This document shows positions 13,116-24,660 of a stretch of 64,000 nucleotides of DNA, in pieces. The position numbers and the translations under genes are program-made. Position 1 is the first letter of the stretch. Every line of letters starts with the position of its first letter. Under the pieces are notes generated by a model. The model had not been told where the DNA came from and searched no databases. It worked only from the letters and a program-made list of their open reading frames with translations. Where the stretch lies: positions 14,260,001 through 14,324,000 of the forward strand of contig NC_135765.1 of the NCBI RefSeq assembly GCF_052425735.1, read 5' to 3'. Source of the DNA: Oculina patagonica. Lineage: Eukaryota.

Positions 13116-13816
13116 CTTTAGCATATAGGCCGGAAATGCATGCACAGTCTAAAAGCGTACACATTTTTACCAATAGGTAACAATTGATTTTTTTTGTAGA
13201 CGAAGTTTTATGTACTGAAGACTGTAACGTAGTGAAAATCACCCTTTACTCCAGTCGCAAGTAATGTCGTTGATTTTCTTTTTTTTCGACAAATGAAAAA
13301 AAGTCGGCCACATTATGTGTGATTTTCGCTTCTGTTATTTCTAAGTACGTGCATTTGCCAATGTTCGACACAACTTCATTCACTTAGAATACATTTGAGT
13401 GGAAATGTAATGTTTACGCAGTCACTTGCTTTAAAACATGACGCTTGCATATTGTTTGACTATTTTGTTTGTGTGTATAAAAAGCTTTTTTCCACAGGAG
13501 AATTGTATGGGTTTTTTTTAGAAAATAATTTTAAACACGGGAATGTTTCATTTCGCCGATGCCTAAATATCTAATCTTTGAAATACGAAATGAACCTTGA
13601 ACACCAAAAGCATTTGCAACATTCATTCAATTTTGGTGACTTTTTATTATATTAAGTACTGCCCGAAACATACTGAAATATATAATTTGACTTGCTAAAC
13701 ATATTTACATTGTGGAATGTATAATACAATTTACTCAACATTTTAGTTGTGTTATTTTTTTCCATCGCCACTTTCTATCGACTTAAGCATTTTTTGTACT
13801 ATTCCTGCAATGAAAT

Positions 13817-14042
13817 CTCGAACATTTACCGAAGGCGCCAATTTAAAATTGCCATAAGCTTACGTCAGTATTATTGCGAAATCTTGGAACGCTTTAAAAA
13901 AAAAAAAAAAAAAAATTAACGATACGTCCTTGCTTTATAGATAATTAATGTTAGATCCATTGCTCGAACATTTACCGAAGGCGCCAATTTAGAATTACCA
14001 TTGTAGCAGCTTACGTCAGTATTATTGCGAAATCTTGAAACG
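13817..14042. repeat. Two-copy ~146-bp tandem duplication
   Basis: ctcgaacatttaccgaaggcgccaattta...agcttacgtcagtattattgcgaaatcttg at ~13817 and ~13963. Confidence 0.85.
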
Positions 14043-14466
14043 ACTTGTTTTCCAAAATTCAACGATAAGATCAGATGGTTAATTTAAGATCCATAGCTAG
14101 CGGATTTTTCCAGACATATGGTGCAGAGAACTCGAGTTGCTAAATGCTGAATTCGAAAATTAAACTGTTTTTGGTCCCCAGCGTCTGATACCTACCAGGC
14201 GGTTTTATAACATGTGAAACGTGTTTATGAAGACAAGACACGTTCGTGGTGTAAACATTTGCAAGAGCGTGGTGCGAGGTTCAGTAATACATCCCGCGTG
14301 CAATGCGCGAGTATCCTAACTTTTTCCCAACAATTAACGAGGTCAGGAGCCGTGGGTGTGGGGACTTATCCTTTTTCCCTAAAATTAAACAGGGACAAAA
14401 AATCCCAAAAGCTAACTAGCCAAGAGCTTAGCTTTACTGACACTACGTACTAAGCTTTAATAACAC

Positions 14467-16259
14467 CACAGGGTGCCCAGACAAACTGTTTGTGTATGGC
14501 CTGTGCACATTTACATTTTTATAGAGAATGTATGGAATTTACCGAATGGTTTGTAGAATTGCGTAAAATGGTGCAAAACATTAACAAATTTGTGATGAGT
14601 AAATGTTAAGTTTCCTACCTTTTGTGTAGTGTCGTTCTTTTGGCTCAAAATGGCGAATTTGAGCCGACTGAAGGGTATTTTGCTTTCGCTGTTTACTATA
14701 CATCTAATTATATGGAAAGGGTGGAAACTCCAACAGCTCCAAAGTAGAACACTTCCAGCGCCGAGCCGATTTTCGACCTGATAATCCCATCGCACAGCTT
14801 TCAAACTACGCACCAGAAAAGAGGAAGGCTTGACTAATCTTCTCGTATCATTTGATCGAAAATTTATCCAAACGGTCCGGAACAAGCCCTCAAACGAAAA
14901 CGGGTATCCAAAATTTTTAAGCCGTCCGAATGCGTAGCACCAATTTGTGGTGCCGAAGGGAAACGCTATTCCCCAGCCTCTTTGTGATTGGATACAATTG
15001 AACAATGGTCGTTCAAGATTTTGTTTCGTGGATAGGGAGGCAAAGGCAAAACAAATACTCAGTAGTATAGGGATTGATGCCAATAGTGCGACACAACCTA
15101 AGGACCCTCGCGCAAAATATGGCATTTATGACGGCGATGCCGGAAGCGATGTATTATCAGTTAAATATGGGTCGTTGTAACTTGTCAGTGCGGCGAAGTA
15201 ATTATGAAATATTTATACTGACTTAAGAAACGAGCAAGTACCTACATCTAGTCGGTATGAGTTCATTTTTAAAGTTAGCTAGCTTCAAATAAAAGTCAGC
15301 GTTCATTATTCAACGAAAAAAAAATATTTTACAGCCCTAAAAAAATATCAGACTTTAGTCATCTCACCTAGTTGTTTTACAGAGATTGCAAAACAATACA
15401 CCCACATGTGAAACTCTCGTGCGAAACCGTTGTTGTGATTTGCTATTCTTATGTTAAGGTCCGACTGATTGGGAAAACCCCGCGAAGTTCCATCACGACT
15501 TTCGTAGCGCAGAAAATGTAGGCGATCGCGAGTTTGCGGAAAAGTGGGATTTTTTCGGGACATACGAATATGGCAAGGTACTCGTGTTTGAGTTCCTTTA
15601 TTTTTCTTTCTGTTTTTGATGTTTTAAACATCTATGGCTGCAATCACCGAAATAGTACTCATTTTCTAGGTTCGAAACCTTAACTTCTGAACAATCTGAA
15701 ATCCTACACCTAGCCGAAGCTGGGCACAATATTCTTGTAACTGGGGAGGGAGGAACAGGGAAATCTTTCAGTGTGGTGAAGGCTATCAACAGTTGACTGC
15801 TAAAGCAAGGGAAAAAGGTTTTCATTGTTTGTGGAAGCGGTGTTTCGGGAAGAGTGTATTTGGAAGTAAATAAACAGACGTCAACGGCGCACTCCTTTTA
15901 CTTTGACGCATACAAGTTACAACGACGCATATTTAAATGATAATGCACGCTTCCGGCATCGCCGTCATAAATGCCATATTTTGCGCGAGAGTCCTAAGGT
16001 TGTGTCGCACTTTTGACATCACTCCCTATACTATTGAGTATTTGTTTTGCCTTTGCCTCCCTATTTTTATTGCCATTTTGAGCCAAAAGAACGACACTAC
16101 ACAAAAGGTATGAAACTTAACATTTATTCATCACAAATTTGTTAATGTTTTGCACCATTTTACGCAATTCTACAAACCATTAGGTAAATTCCATACATTC
16201 TCTATAAAAATGTAAATGTGCACAGGCCATACACAAACAGTTTTTCTGGGCCCCCTGTG
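14467..16259. mobile_element. Non-autonomous DNA element with long terminal inverted repeats enclosing a PIF1 helicase fragment
   Basis: Left arm ~14467..15203 is the reverse complement of right arm ~15896..16259 (right arm lacks ~14660..15030). Termini CACAGGG...CCCTGTG; flanks ataacac / ctaacac. Confidence 0.8.
15662..15902 (+). pseudogene. PIF1-family (SF1B) helicase N-terminal fragment with an in-frame stop
   Basis: Manual translation: FETLTSEQSEILHLAEAGHNILVTGEGGTGKSFSVVKAINS*LLKQGKKVFIVCGSGVSGRVYLEVNKQTSTAHSFY. This shows the Q motif, Walker A, motif Ia and TxHSF. Confidence 0.82.
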
Positions 16260-16444
16260 CTAACACCACTTACGGGGGTCCGGGAAAGTATTACTCAACT
16301 CGGAAAATATGCGCGTTTTATATGTTAATCCGTTGACTAACTTAAGGTGTGTGAATTCACTGGTCGTGAGTTATGGTCCATTTACAACTCGTACTTTAAG
16401 CATTTTCCTTAAATACTCCATTCTTGGGTAAGCCGTTTTCCTCA

Positions 16445-16612
16445 ATTGCTGGTTTGCAGCTGACCGCACAGCAGCCATGTTGGATGACAGGAACAAAGCG
16501 TTCTCCTCCGTTGGGAACTAAACTTTTTTATTATGCAAATTCCGCAAAAACATGTTTTATTGTTTTGTCATCCAACATGGCCGCCTTGTCACGTGGTTGC
16601 AAACCAAGAATA
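16445..16612. mobile_element. Short MITE-like element
   Basis: ttgctggtttgca...gccatgttggatgaca / tgtcatccaacatggc...tgcaaaccaagaa inverted termini. Confidence 0.65.
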
Positions 16613-17243
16613 CTAGAAACAACGGACTTCTGTAAGGATTCATTTAACGTCACAATACTTTCAGATGGTAAAAAAGGATAATGGTTGTGTAAAACGTAGG
16701 CCGGTGTATAAAAATCAAACCCCTTGAACTTTTCTTTTCAAAACACTCGTGATAGCTACGTACTTAGAACGTACGTAAACTCCTCGAAACTGTTGTGTTG
16801 TGTCGTGTTAGCTCAGTGTCATTAAGATAATTGTTAATCATTCTTTTTTTTTTTAACTTTTAAAGAGTCCACCACGGAGTTTGGATCAGGGTAATAAATA
16901 AGCTTTGAAAGAAGAGACTTCTTTTGCAGGGTTGACACATTCTTTATTTTTATCAGGCGCCTTAGTTAAAACAATATCAAACTGTCATTTTCAATCTTGC
17001 AGCCCGGTCTTGCAACCTACAAGCTATCCTAAGCAATCGCCACAGAACTTTACACAAAACAAGTAAAAAGCGTGGAGACCCGTTCTAACTACTGATAAGT
17101 TGTTTACATCGATTCGAAAGGTCTCTGACAACTGATACTTCGGACAGAAATTTTCACTGACACCGGAAACCCAAAATTATTGACACCTGTCAATTACAAC
17201 TCAAACCCCTTTGTATTTCATTTCTCCCCTCTAAAGAACGCGC

Positions 17244-18308
17244 CTACTCTCCGAGTGCTCTCTTAGGAACAGGAACCGGCCCAACCACTTGGAAACTAAC
17301 AGCTGGGGAAGAAAGGTGAGCTAGCTTTTCCTGGATACCGGTATTTGCGTTTACATGTATGTTACTAGCACGTCCTTCGGTATATTCTAAGTAATCGTCC
17401 ACTGCGACAGTGTACGTTCCAGGCTTGACCATGTTGTAACCAGAAGAAAGGTCAAACTTCGACGAGAGGGTCTCCCCAGCAGCAATGGTCACAAAATTAC
17501 GACGCCCCGGATCTTCGCGCTTCATCATGATACCTTCAAATTCCAATTTTTTCCCATCTCGGGTGACGACCAGACCTTTCGGTCCAAGCTTGTTCAGCGG
17601 TGTGTTCCACGTGAGCACAGAATATGCGCGGTCACCGATGTTCTTCAAGTGGAAATCACACTTGACATCCTCGGTAGTTTGATAAGAAGGCTTACACACG
17701 ATGGAAGCGGAGAAAAGCCTGTTAAAGCAAACATGAATTTGTCAACATATGGGCGTCAAACAACAAATTGGGTAACAAATTTGAGCCGAGTATTTTTGCC
17801 ACTAGAGAAATCTTCAAAGAACCTTTGGAAGAGCTTTCATTTCTAAGCAGGAAAACAACAAGAGCGGAAACAACAACAAAATCAACAACAACAACAGAAA
17901 CAACAAGAACAATGACAACAATTTCATCAGACATTAAAAACACCAATGATTAAACAACGTGAATCTCCGTATACTTGTACTCAGGCCGAAGTGTACTGAA
18001 CCAATTCTTTTCGTGGAATAATTGACATCGTGAATGGTAATTCATGGACAGTTATTTTTGTTGAGGGGTCGAGAAAAATAAACCAACAACGTGTTTGCAA
18101 ATTCTCGGAGATATTTTCACGTCAGTTCATCTCCTTCCTGCCTTTATCTGCCTTTCTTAATTTTTTTTTTATTAAGTGTATTTTTTTTAACTACAATCAC
18201 TCACTTGGTTTCCAGAGAATTCGACCGTACAGTGTCGTCTCCATTTACCGTCATTGCAACTAGCAGGAACGACCAGACAAGTATCTTTGCCAGCAACATG
18301 ACTTCCAT
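17244..18308 (-). CDS. Gene B: secreted M35 propeptide-only protein (no catalytic domain), complement join(18205..18308,17244..17718), 192 aa; could be a truncated pseudogene
   Basis: Exon 1 on minus: MEVMLLAKILVWSFLLVAMTVNGDDTVRSNSLET-AA|gtgagt. Acceptor tttaacag|G at 17719, same phase-2 intron as paralogs. Exon 2 aligns with the whole propeptide of genes A/C/D. TAG falls in the LG[QE]xARSLE motif. AATAAA at ~16948..16943. Confidence 0.75.
17853..17922. repeat. Degenerate (ACA)n microsatellite in gene B intron
   Basis: aaaacaacaagagcggaaacaacaacaaaatcaacaacaacaacagaaacaacaag. Confidence 0.8.
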
Positions 18309-19920
18309 CTACAATTATTTCATTGAAAAGGAAGGAAAAGAGTGAGCTGTAACTGACGTTTATGTATCTTGCTCCTTCTGTGTCTGTTGCTTTGGCTTGT
18401 GTTTTCTATTTTTTTTAAAGGGCGAAGAGTTCATTGTCGAAGACACTCTTCTCCGAGCGTGCCAGCTTCTTAAGAACTACAGGTAGATAGCTAATCAGAC
18501 CGATGCGAGAATGCAGTAGGTAGATCTAAGAATTAACCGAACTCTGTCGAAAATAGGGGCTAAGTTAGAGTTTTTCCCGCCGCACCGTTGCTGCAGAAGT
18601 TAAAACTGCTTGTGATTGGTAATTAGTGGCAGGTCACTTTTTTCTAGTAGCGATGAAAAATGAGAAAAATATGAGAACAACATCTACTTGAGTAACAGAT
18701 AGCTTATCGGAGTTGGAATTGAACTATATTTTAAGGTGGCTCCAAGAATTAAAGAGACTCTGTTGTAAATAAAGCTTCATTTAGCGGTATTGCCGCCACA
18801 CCATTGTTACATATATTAAAATTGCCTGTCAGGATTGTATAAAATAAGCAAGTTTCTCGATAGTAATTGATCCGTTTGCTTCAAGTTATTTTTTTTCCAA
18901 TCACGATGAATAATGTGAGTACAACATATTTTTGTTAATGATTTTCGCTATTCTAGAAATTATGCTTGACAACAACTCGAAAACGAAAAGGTGAAAATTT
19001 TGCCCGAAAAGTTCTTAAAATATATATTTTTTAAAGCTGGTTGTAATTTAAGCGAGCCAGTGAGTTTCAAGTCTTCAGTTCATTTGGAAGATGTACGGAC
19101 GTTTTTCTTAATTTGTGCGAGCCTGAGAACTGCATTTTGATCAAACTCTGAGCCTTGTCATAGTGGAACATCAAAAGAAGAAAGTAAAAACATAAAAATA
19201 TCGAAGATCCAATACCAGCATTACTGAACGATAAAAACAAAAACAATTATCATCTTTAAGAACTTTATGATGTATAAATTTGCACCTCGTAACAACCGTT
19301 AACGGGTACGGGTATGGCGATTCAAAAAGTCGGCATACTAACTGAAAGATGGCTTTAACAAGATATCTCTTATTAAAGTAAAGGCTATGCAACTGTTAAC
19401 AACTATCTTATTGTGGAGAGGCAAGTTTAAATGGACAATAGTGTAAACTTACCATTCTTAACTTGGGTTTGTTCACTGTAAAGTGTCTGCTAAGCGTGTG
19501 TATCACCCAGTTTTACCTTTAAATTGTATATTCATTTCTTCATAACGTTAAAAAAAAACATTCTTGTTTTTACATGGCAACCACACTGCTGTTAAGAACA
19601 AGTTTTGTAGTGATTGAGGCTGTGTCCCTGTATGGTCGTCTGAGGGCATTGTGTGCGCGTTTGAATAAAGTACAGAATTTTACAATGTCTTGTATGAAAA
19701 TTAAAAAATAATCAAAACTTCTTGATAGTGATTGGTCATTAGGTGCAAGTTATTTTTTCTAATGAAAAATGAGAAAAATATGAGTGCATCATGACTCTCG
19801 TTATTCTCAAATACACGTTTACTTCAAAATTTAACATACAAAAAGAACTTCGGTATAACCATATCATGCAGAAAACCTACTGAAGCGCACATTATGCAAA
19901 CAAAAGCATACCTCTTACTT

Positions 19921-20163
19921 TGAAAATGAATATATGTGATGTTATGTATTTGAGCTGCTGGAGAAAGATGTAACACCTGAAAGATCTTCGAAGTTATGAA
20001 CGCAAATTAAACAGTTGCGAAAAGAAAGCCTAAAAAAGCCTGAACTTTTTACAGGCTTCTTTTCGCAAGTGCTTAAGTTGCGTACATAACTGCGATGATC
20101 TTTCATGTGTTACATCTTTCTACAGCAGCTCAAATACATAACATCACACATATTCACTTTTAA
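19921..20163. mobile_element. Fold-back (near-palindromic) MITE
   Basis: tgaatatatgtgatgttatgtatttgagctgct..agaaagatgtaacac...gtgttacatctttctacagcagctcaaatacataacatcacacatattca; arms ~110 bp. Confidence 0.88.
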
Positions 20164-22114
20164 ACTGAAAAGTAATGTTTTTGCTTGCTCCTAAACGAAT
20201 ACGGTGACCCCCCTTTTTTATTTCAAAATTTAACTTCCCTGACAGTAAACAACAAACCTGCAAAGTTTGGTTGAAAATCTATGAGCAGTTTTATTTCCCA
20301 GGAATTACCCTAATTTGCTCGAACCAGAGAACTGCATGTTGATCAAAACTGTTTGGAACTTCAAACACAGAAAAGTATCATCTTTCAAGAATTTTATGAT
20401 CTGTAAATTTGCACCTCGCAAACTACCATAAATGGACGCAGGATAAAAGAATCAAAGGTATTTTCTTACCACCAAACGGCTTGTCATGAAATCAAGATGA
20501 TTTCTTAAGTATATTAGTGTGCAGTATTCAACATTCATTGACCCTGTTTTGTTTTTATACGGTGATAAGTTTCTTGACCAACGCATTTAACTGTTTAATC
20601 GATCTGCTCAAATTTTTCCGCACGCAAAACCAAACGTTCCTAACAATAATTGCTTTCAAAATAGCCCCCGATACCATCTCCAACACCTGAAAAAGTGATT
20701 CTCCGATTAGCTTTAATATGCGTTAAGGAGATAAAAGCTCCTGCGATCGAGAAAGGTTAGATTGAAAACTATACATTGTACGAAAGGAAGCGTGAGCTAG
20801 TTCCGGACCATTTCTTCCATTTTTTTCGTTTCGAAACATAAATAAAATTGTGAGATACTAAGTGCTTTCATCAGGGTCTGCGTTGATGCATTTGGGCTTA
20901 AATTTGCATCTTTGTGGTCACCAAATTTGAGACACGTTAATCGTAATTTTCTTGAACAGATAGCAGTAAAAGATGGAATTGAACCGATCAATTATTAAAA
21001 AGTAGGTTATATATGAACATTTCACAGTACAGCCTACACGTAGTTCTACTCAATTTCAAGTGCATGGGTTAAGCTTGCATGGCGATTAAAAAAGTCGGCA
21101 TACTGATTGAAAGGTAGCTTTTGCACTATCCCTCTTATCTGAGTAGTGGCCACAACTGTTAATAATTATCATATCGTGGAAAGGCAAGTTATAAAATGGA
21201 CAGAATTGTGAGCTTACCGTTCGTGGGTTTACTCGCTGTATAATGTCTGCTAAAGGTGTGAATCACCCAATTAAGCCTCTATAATGTTTATTTATGCTTT
21301 AAAACATAAAAACATTCTTGGTTTGACATGACAACCATACTGTTGTTAAGAACAAGTTTGTAGTTGATTGATGCTGTATCCGTTTATGGTTGTTTGAGCG
21401 CATTATGTGTGCTTTTAATAATCTACAATGAATTGAAAATGGAGTGCTTTTAACAAATTCATGTTACTCAAGCGAAAAGAAACAAACTTAGTTGAGGGGG
21501 ATTTAGTGTTTTGCCCATAAATTTTAGTGTTTGCTGTTACATTGGCCAATCTTTTTAATGTTTATTGTTTCCGGAGAAAATACTGTTAAGTGTTTTGTGT
21601 TTGGTGAGTTTTTCGTGAAAAAATTTATCATTGTAATTTCTTTTCTGCTCTTCCAAATCGGATAACATCACTCATAAACTTAGAGAAAATTTTCGGTTTT
21701 CTCCTCAGAAATCTTCGGTAGTCTTCGGATATCTTCAGAAGTCTTCAGCAGTGTTCGGTAGACTTCGGAAATCTTTCGAACTGATCGGAAATCGTCGGAA
21801 AATGGCCGAAAACTTCTTTATATACTAAACAAAATAATATTGGCCTTTTTGAGCCTTTTTTGTCTCTTTCTGGATAAAATTTACTGTTACAGTGAATTTT
21901 TTACTGTTAATGTTAAAATGCCCAAAATTTTACTGTTTCATGTTACAGAACCAAAAAATTAAGTGGTTTTTTTTTGGTATCGAGGTACCCCCATTCAGAC
22001 TCCCTAAGTTTAATGACTGTAGTACTGTTGTTTGGTTTAAAAACAACGTTAAAAGAAAACTATATACGCAATAGCAAAATGACCAGATTGATAAGTAGAA
22101 AGTAATTTACCAGA

Positions 22115-22297
22115 GCTAGAATCCCGATTGCTCCAATTCAACCCTTGGTTTTTCAAAACTCCCGAGTTGTCGAACCAATTTTTGTTTCCCTTGGATAGTA
22201 CTTTTCCTGCAATTTTACAGCTGATTTCTCGAATCTCCCGATTTTTCGAAGCAATTTTCGTTTTCTCTGGGAAACGTGAAATCGGGATTCTTCTGTA
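22115..22297. mobile_element. Degenerate pogo-like MITE (related copies at 38624..38815 and ~62270..62350)
   Basis: agaatcccgatt...aaatcgggattcttctgta; internal tcgaa motifs. Confidence 0.55.
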
Positions 22298-22319
22298 TTT
22301 AAATAATAAGTCGAGTGGG

Positions 22320-23010
22320 TGTTATGGACGTTTCAGTTTGATCTAAACAACGTGATGGTATATATGAAAAAGCGCAAATTTTGTTGAAAAGCAAGGAAAG
22401 CGAGCGAGACCGTTTTTTTCTTCCGAAATGTTCCTCGCACAATCTCCACTAAAGATGTCTATATTCCGTGAAATTGTTACAAACGAAAACGGTTGGTGGC
22501 GAGATCCGTAATAATAACGTTATTAAAATTTATATTCCTTTTGCGAGTCAACTTAAGCAGTTTACTTGTTCAAGGCGCACGGCTGTCATCATCAAGACTA
22601 CAAAATGATTGCGTTTAAAACGAAGCTAAGCTCAGAATCGAAATAATGGACACGCATGGCGCAGATTAGGGGGACAAGCTTTAGTATATCGCTCTTCCCG
22701 TGAATTCTTTGCTGCTCTCGCCTTTATTCAGCGGTTTTTGTCGCACATCAACATGTTCAGGCTGTTTCAATTAAAGCTCAGTAAAGCCGTGAGTTGATTT
22801 CTTTTACCGTGAGTGATATTTTTTTATCGCCAGTTGGTTTTTGTGTCATACACTGATTTATTTACGAGAATAATGTCGCTTTCGTTGCGAGTTTAGCATT
22901 TATCGATAGTTGGAAATAAGTGAATCAGGAGACGCCGGTCGCATTTTGCAGCTGACCAATTGACCAATGACCAATTGACTTATTGAATTTTCTTAATTTA
23001 AAAAATGGAC
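22320..23010. repeat. ~700-bp block duplicated in direct orientation at ~26140..26830
   Basis: ggacgtttcagtttgatct, aagactacaaaatgat.gcgtttaaaacgaagctaagctcagaa and aatgtcgctttcgttgcgagtt occur in both. Confidence 0.85.
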
Positions 23011-23021
23011 TGAACGAAATG

Positions 23022-24660
23022 GTATCTAGCTCAAGATATCTATATGATGCATAGGATTACGCAAATCCGCCGATCCATGCTATTTTTGGCCAAATCCGTC
23101 AACCCGCCACTATTTTCGTTCAAATTTAAATTCGCACTTACTACTTGAAAATTGTTGTGGTATATTTTCAGTCCCAGTAGTTGCTGTTTCTATGTCAATA
23201 TTTAAAAAAGTGTCGTTTCATTGCTTCTTTCTTCGACAATTTTGCCAACATACCGATAAAGACCGACCAAAAAGAACCGAACTTGCTTTAGTATCCACGA
23301 TCCGTACGTCCTGACATGAAGAGTCCAAAATCAGGACCAAAACTCTCAGCTTATCTGCGATCCACCAACCTATTCCCTCCCTTCAGTCTGTAATGTTTAC
23401 TCACAATCAGATTAAAGCGAAGAAAAGCCCGTTAACATAAAGTACGGTGAATAAATATAAGTAGCTCCATTCAGTTTACTCTCAAAATTGAGCTGAAACC
23501 CTAAACATTTCTCAAAAAGTAATAAGAATATTTAACAACATCAAATATAGCATGCACGATCGATCCACTGTTAATTACCCCATAACGTTATACCATGTAT
23601 TGTAAACTTACCAGAATTTTTCTTCAGAGTTCTCTCTTCTCGTAGGTGACTGCTGAGAGTGTGAGCAACCCAACAGGGCCTCCGGCTAGAGTGTTATACA
23701 CTACTTATTGCGTGCAAAAATCTTTACATTCTTCATTACACATACTGGATTGTTGTTAAGAGAACGTTTTACACCAACATATGCTCTTGGCCCCTTTAAT
23801 GATTCTCTGTGGGAGGCTCGTAAGTGCATCAGACAAAAGAGCATTCTTGATTAAACATGGCAAAAACGATTGCTGCTAAAAAAACCTTTTATATCAATAT
23901 ACGCTCTCTCCCTTAATGGTTATTTGTGGGAAATTCATTGACAAGTACTTGCCATGTGGGCACGAAAAGAATCAATAAAAAGTTACTTTAAAGTACCAAC
24001 GAACTCTTGGGATCACAAAAAGAAATGTACTGGAACTAAAAGGATAATTTAATATGTTGTAAACATGTATCTGAAATTATTTACAGCACGTAGTCGATAT
24101 GGTAATATTGTTTGGAAACGTTTCACCGATCACTCCGAATAAAGAAGGTTTTAAACGCTTTTATCGTCAAAGTGTACGTCCTTCTGAAGTTCACATCACG
24201 CGATCAAAACAGATAATGTTGTGCATAATATGTATACAAATAAAACAGATATATTTGTTTAAGAACGCCTAAAACAACCATAAACTTAATGGTTGTTCGC
24301 CTCAAACAGCATTACCTTGATGCTGTACTGACACTTAAGGTCCGTACATCACCTTCTCGAAAACGAACATTTTGACCAGCTTCAAACTTCTCATTCTTTC
24401 AAAATTCATAGGTTTTAAAATATCTCTGTCAAAAAGAGTACTTCCCGGACAATTGTCGGTGCGGCAATTTTCCTTTTCATAAACGGCCGATGCCATTTTA
24501 GCCATGCATATATCATGGTCACTCAATGAACAAGGCTCAAACAACTGGCGCTTTGATGACAAGTTGAACGCATCAACCATATCAGGCGAGCGCGCCACTT
24601 GCCAACACCCAAGTAAGTGCGTAAACTTCGAATCGTCGTTTTCCTTTCCTTGTAGCAGCG
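23022..24660. repeat. Block duplicated in inverted orientation at ~33190..34447 (covers ~23022..24300) and ~29200..29900 (covers ~23940..24660)
   Basis: tatctagctcaaga / tcttgagctagata; gggaaattcattgacaagtacttg / caagtacttgtcaatgaatttccc; gtgtacgtccttctgaagttcacatcacgcga / cgcgtgatgtgaacttcagaaggacgtacac. Confidence 0.88.

Noticed and set aside
14467-14480. RAG/Transib recombination-signal-like terminus
   Set aside because: CACAGGG only partly matches the CACAGTG heptamer, with no 5-bp TSD, no clear nonamer and no transposase sequence.
14511-15125. 204-aa minus-strand ORF
   Set aside because: Lies within the TIR arm, has non-coding-like composition, and is partly deleted in the other arm.
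21690-21830. tcttcgg-rich stretch (also 35260..35440) and atcgaac-rich stretch (61890..62030) as regulatory arrays
   Set aside because: Short degenerate motifs typical of repeat-element interiors; no boundaries or function can be supported.
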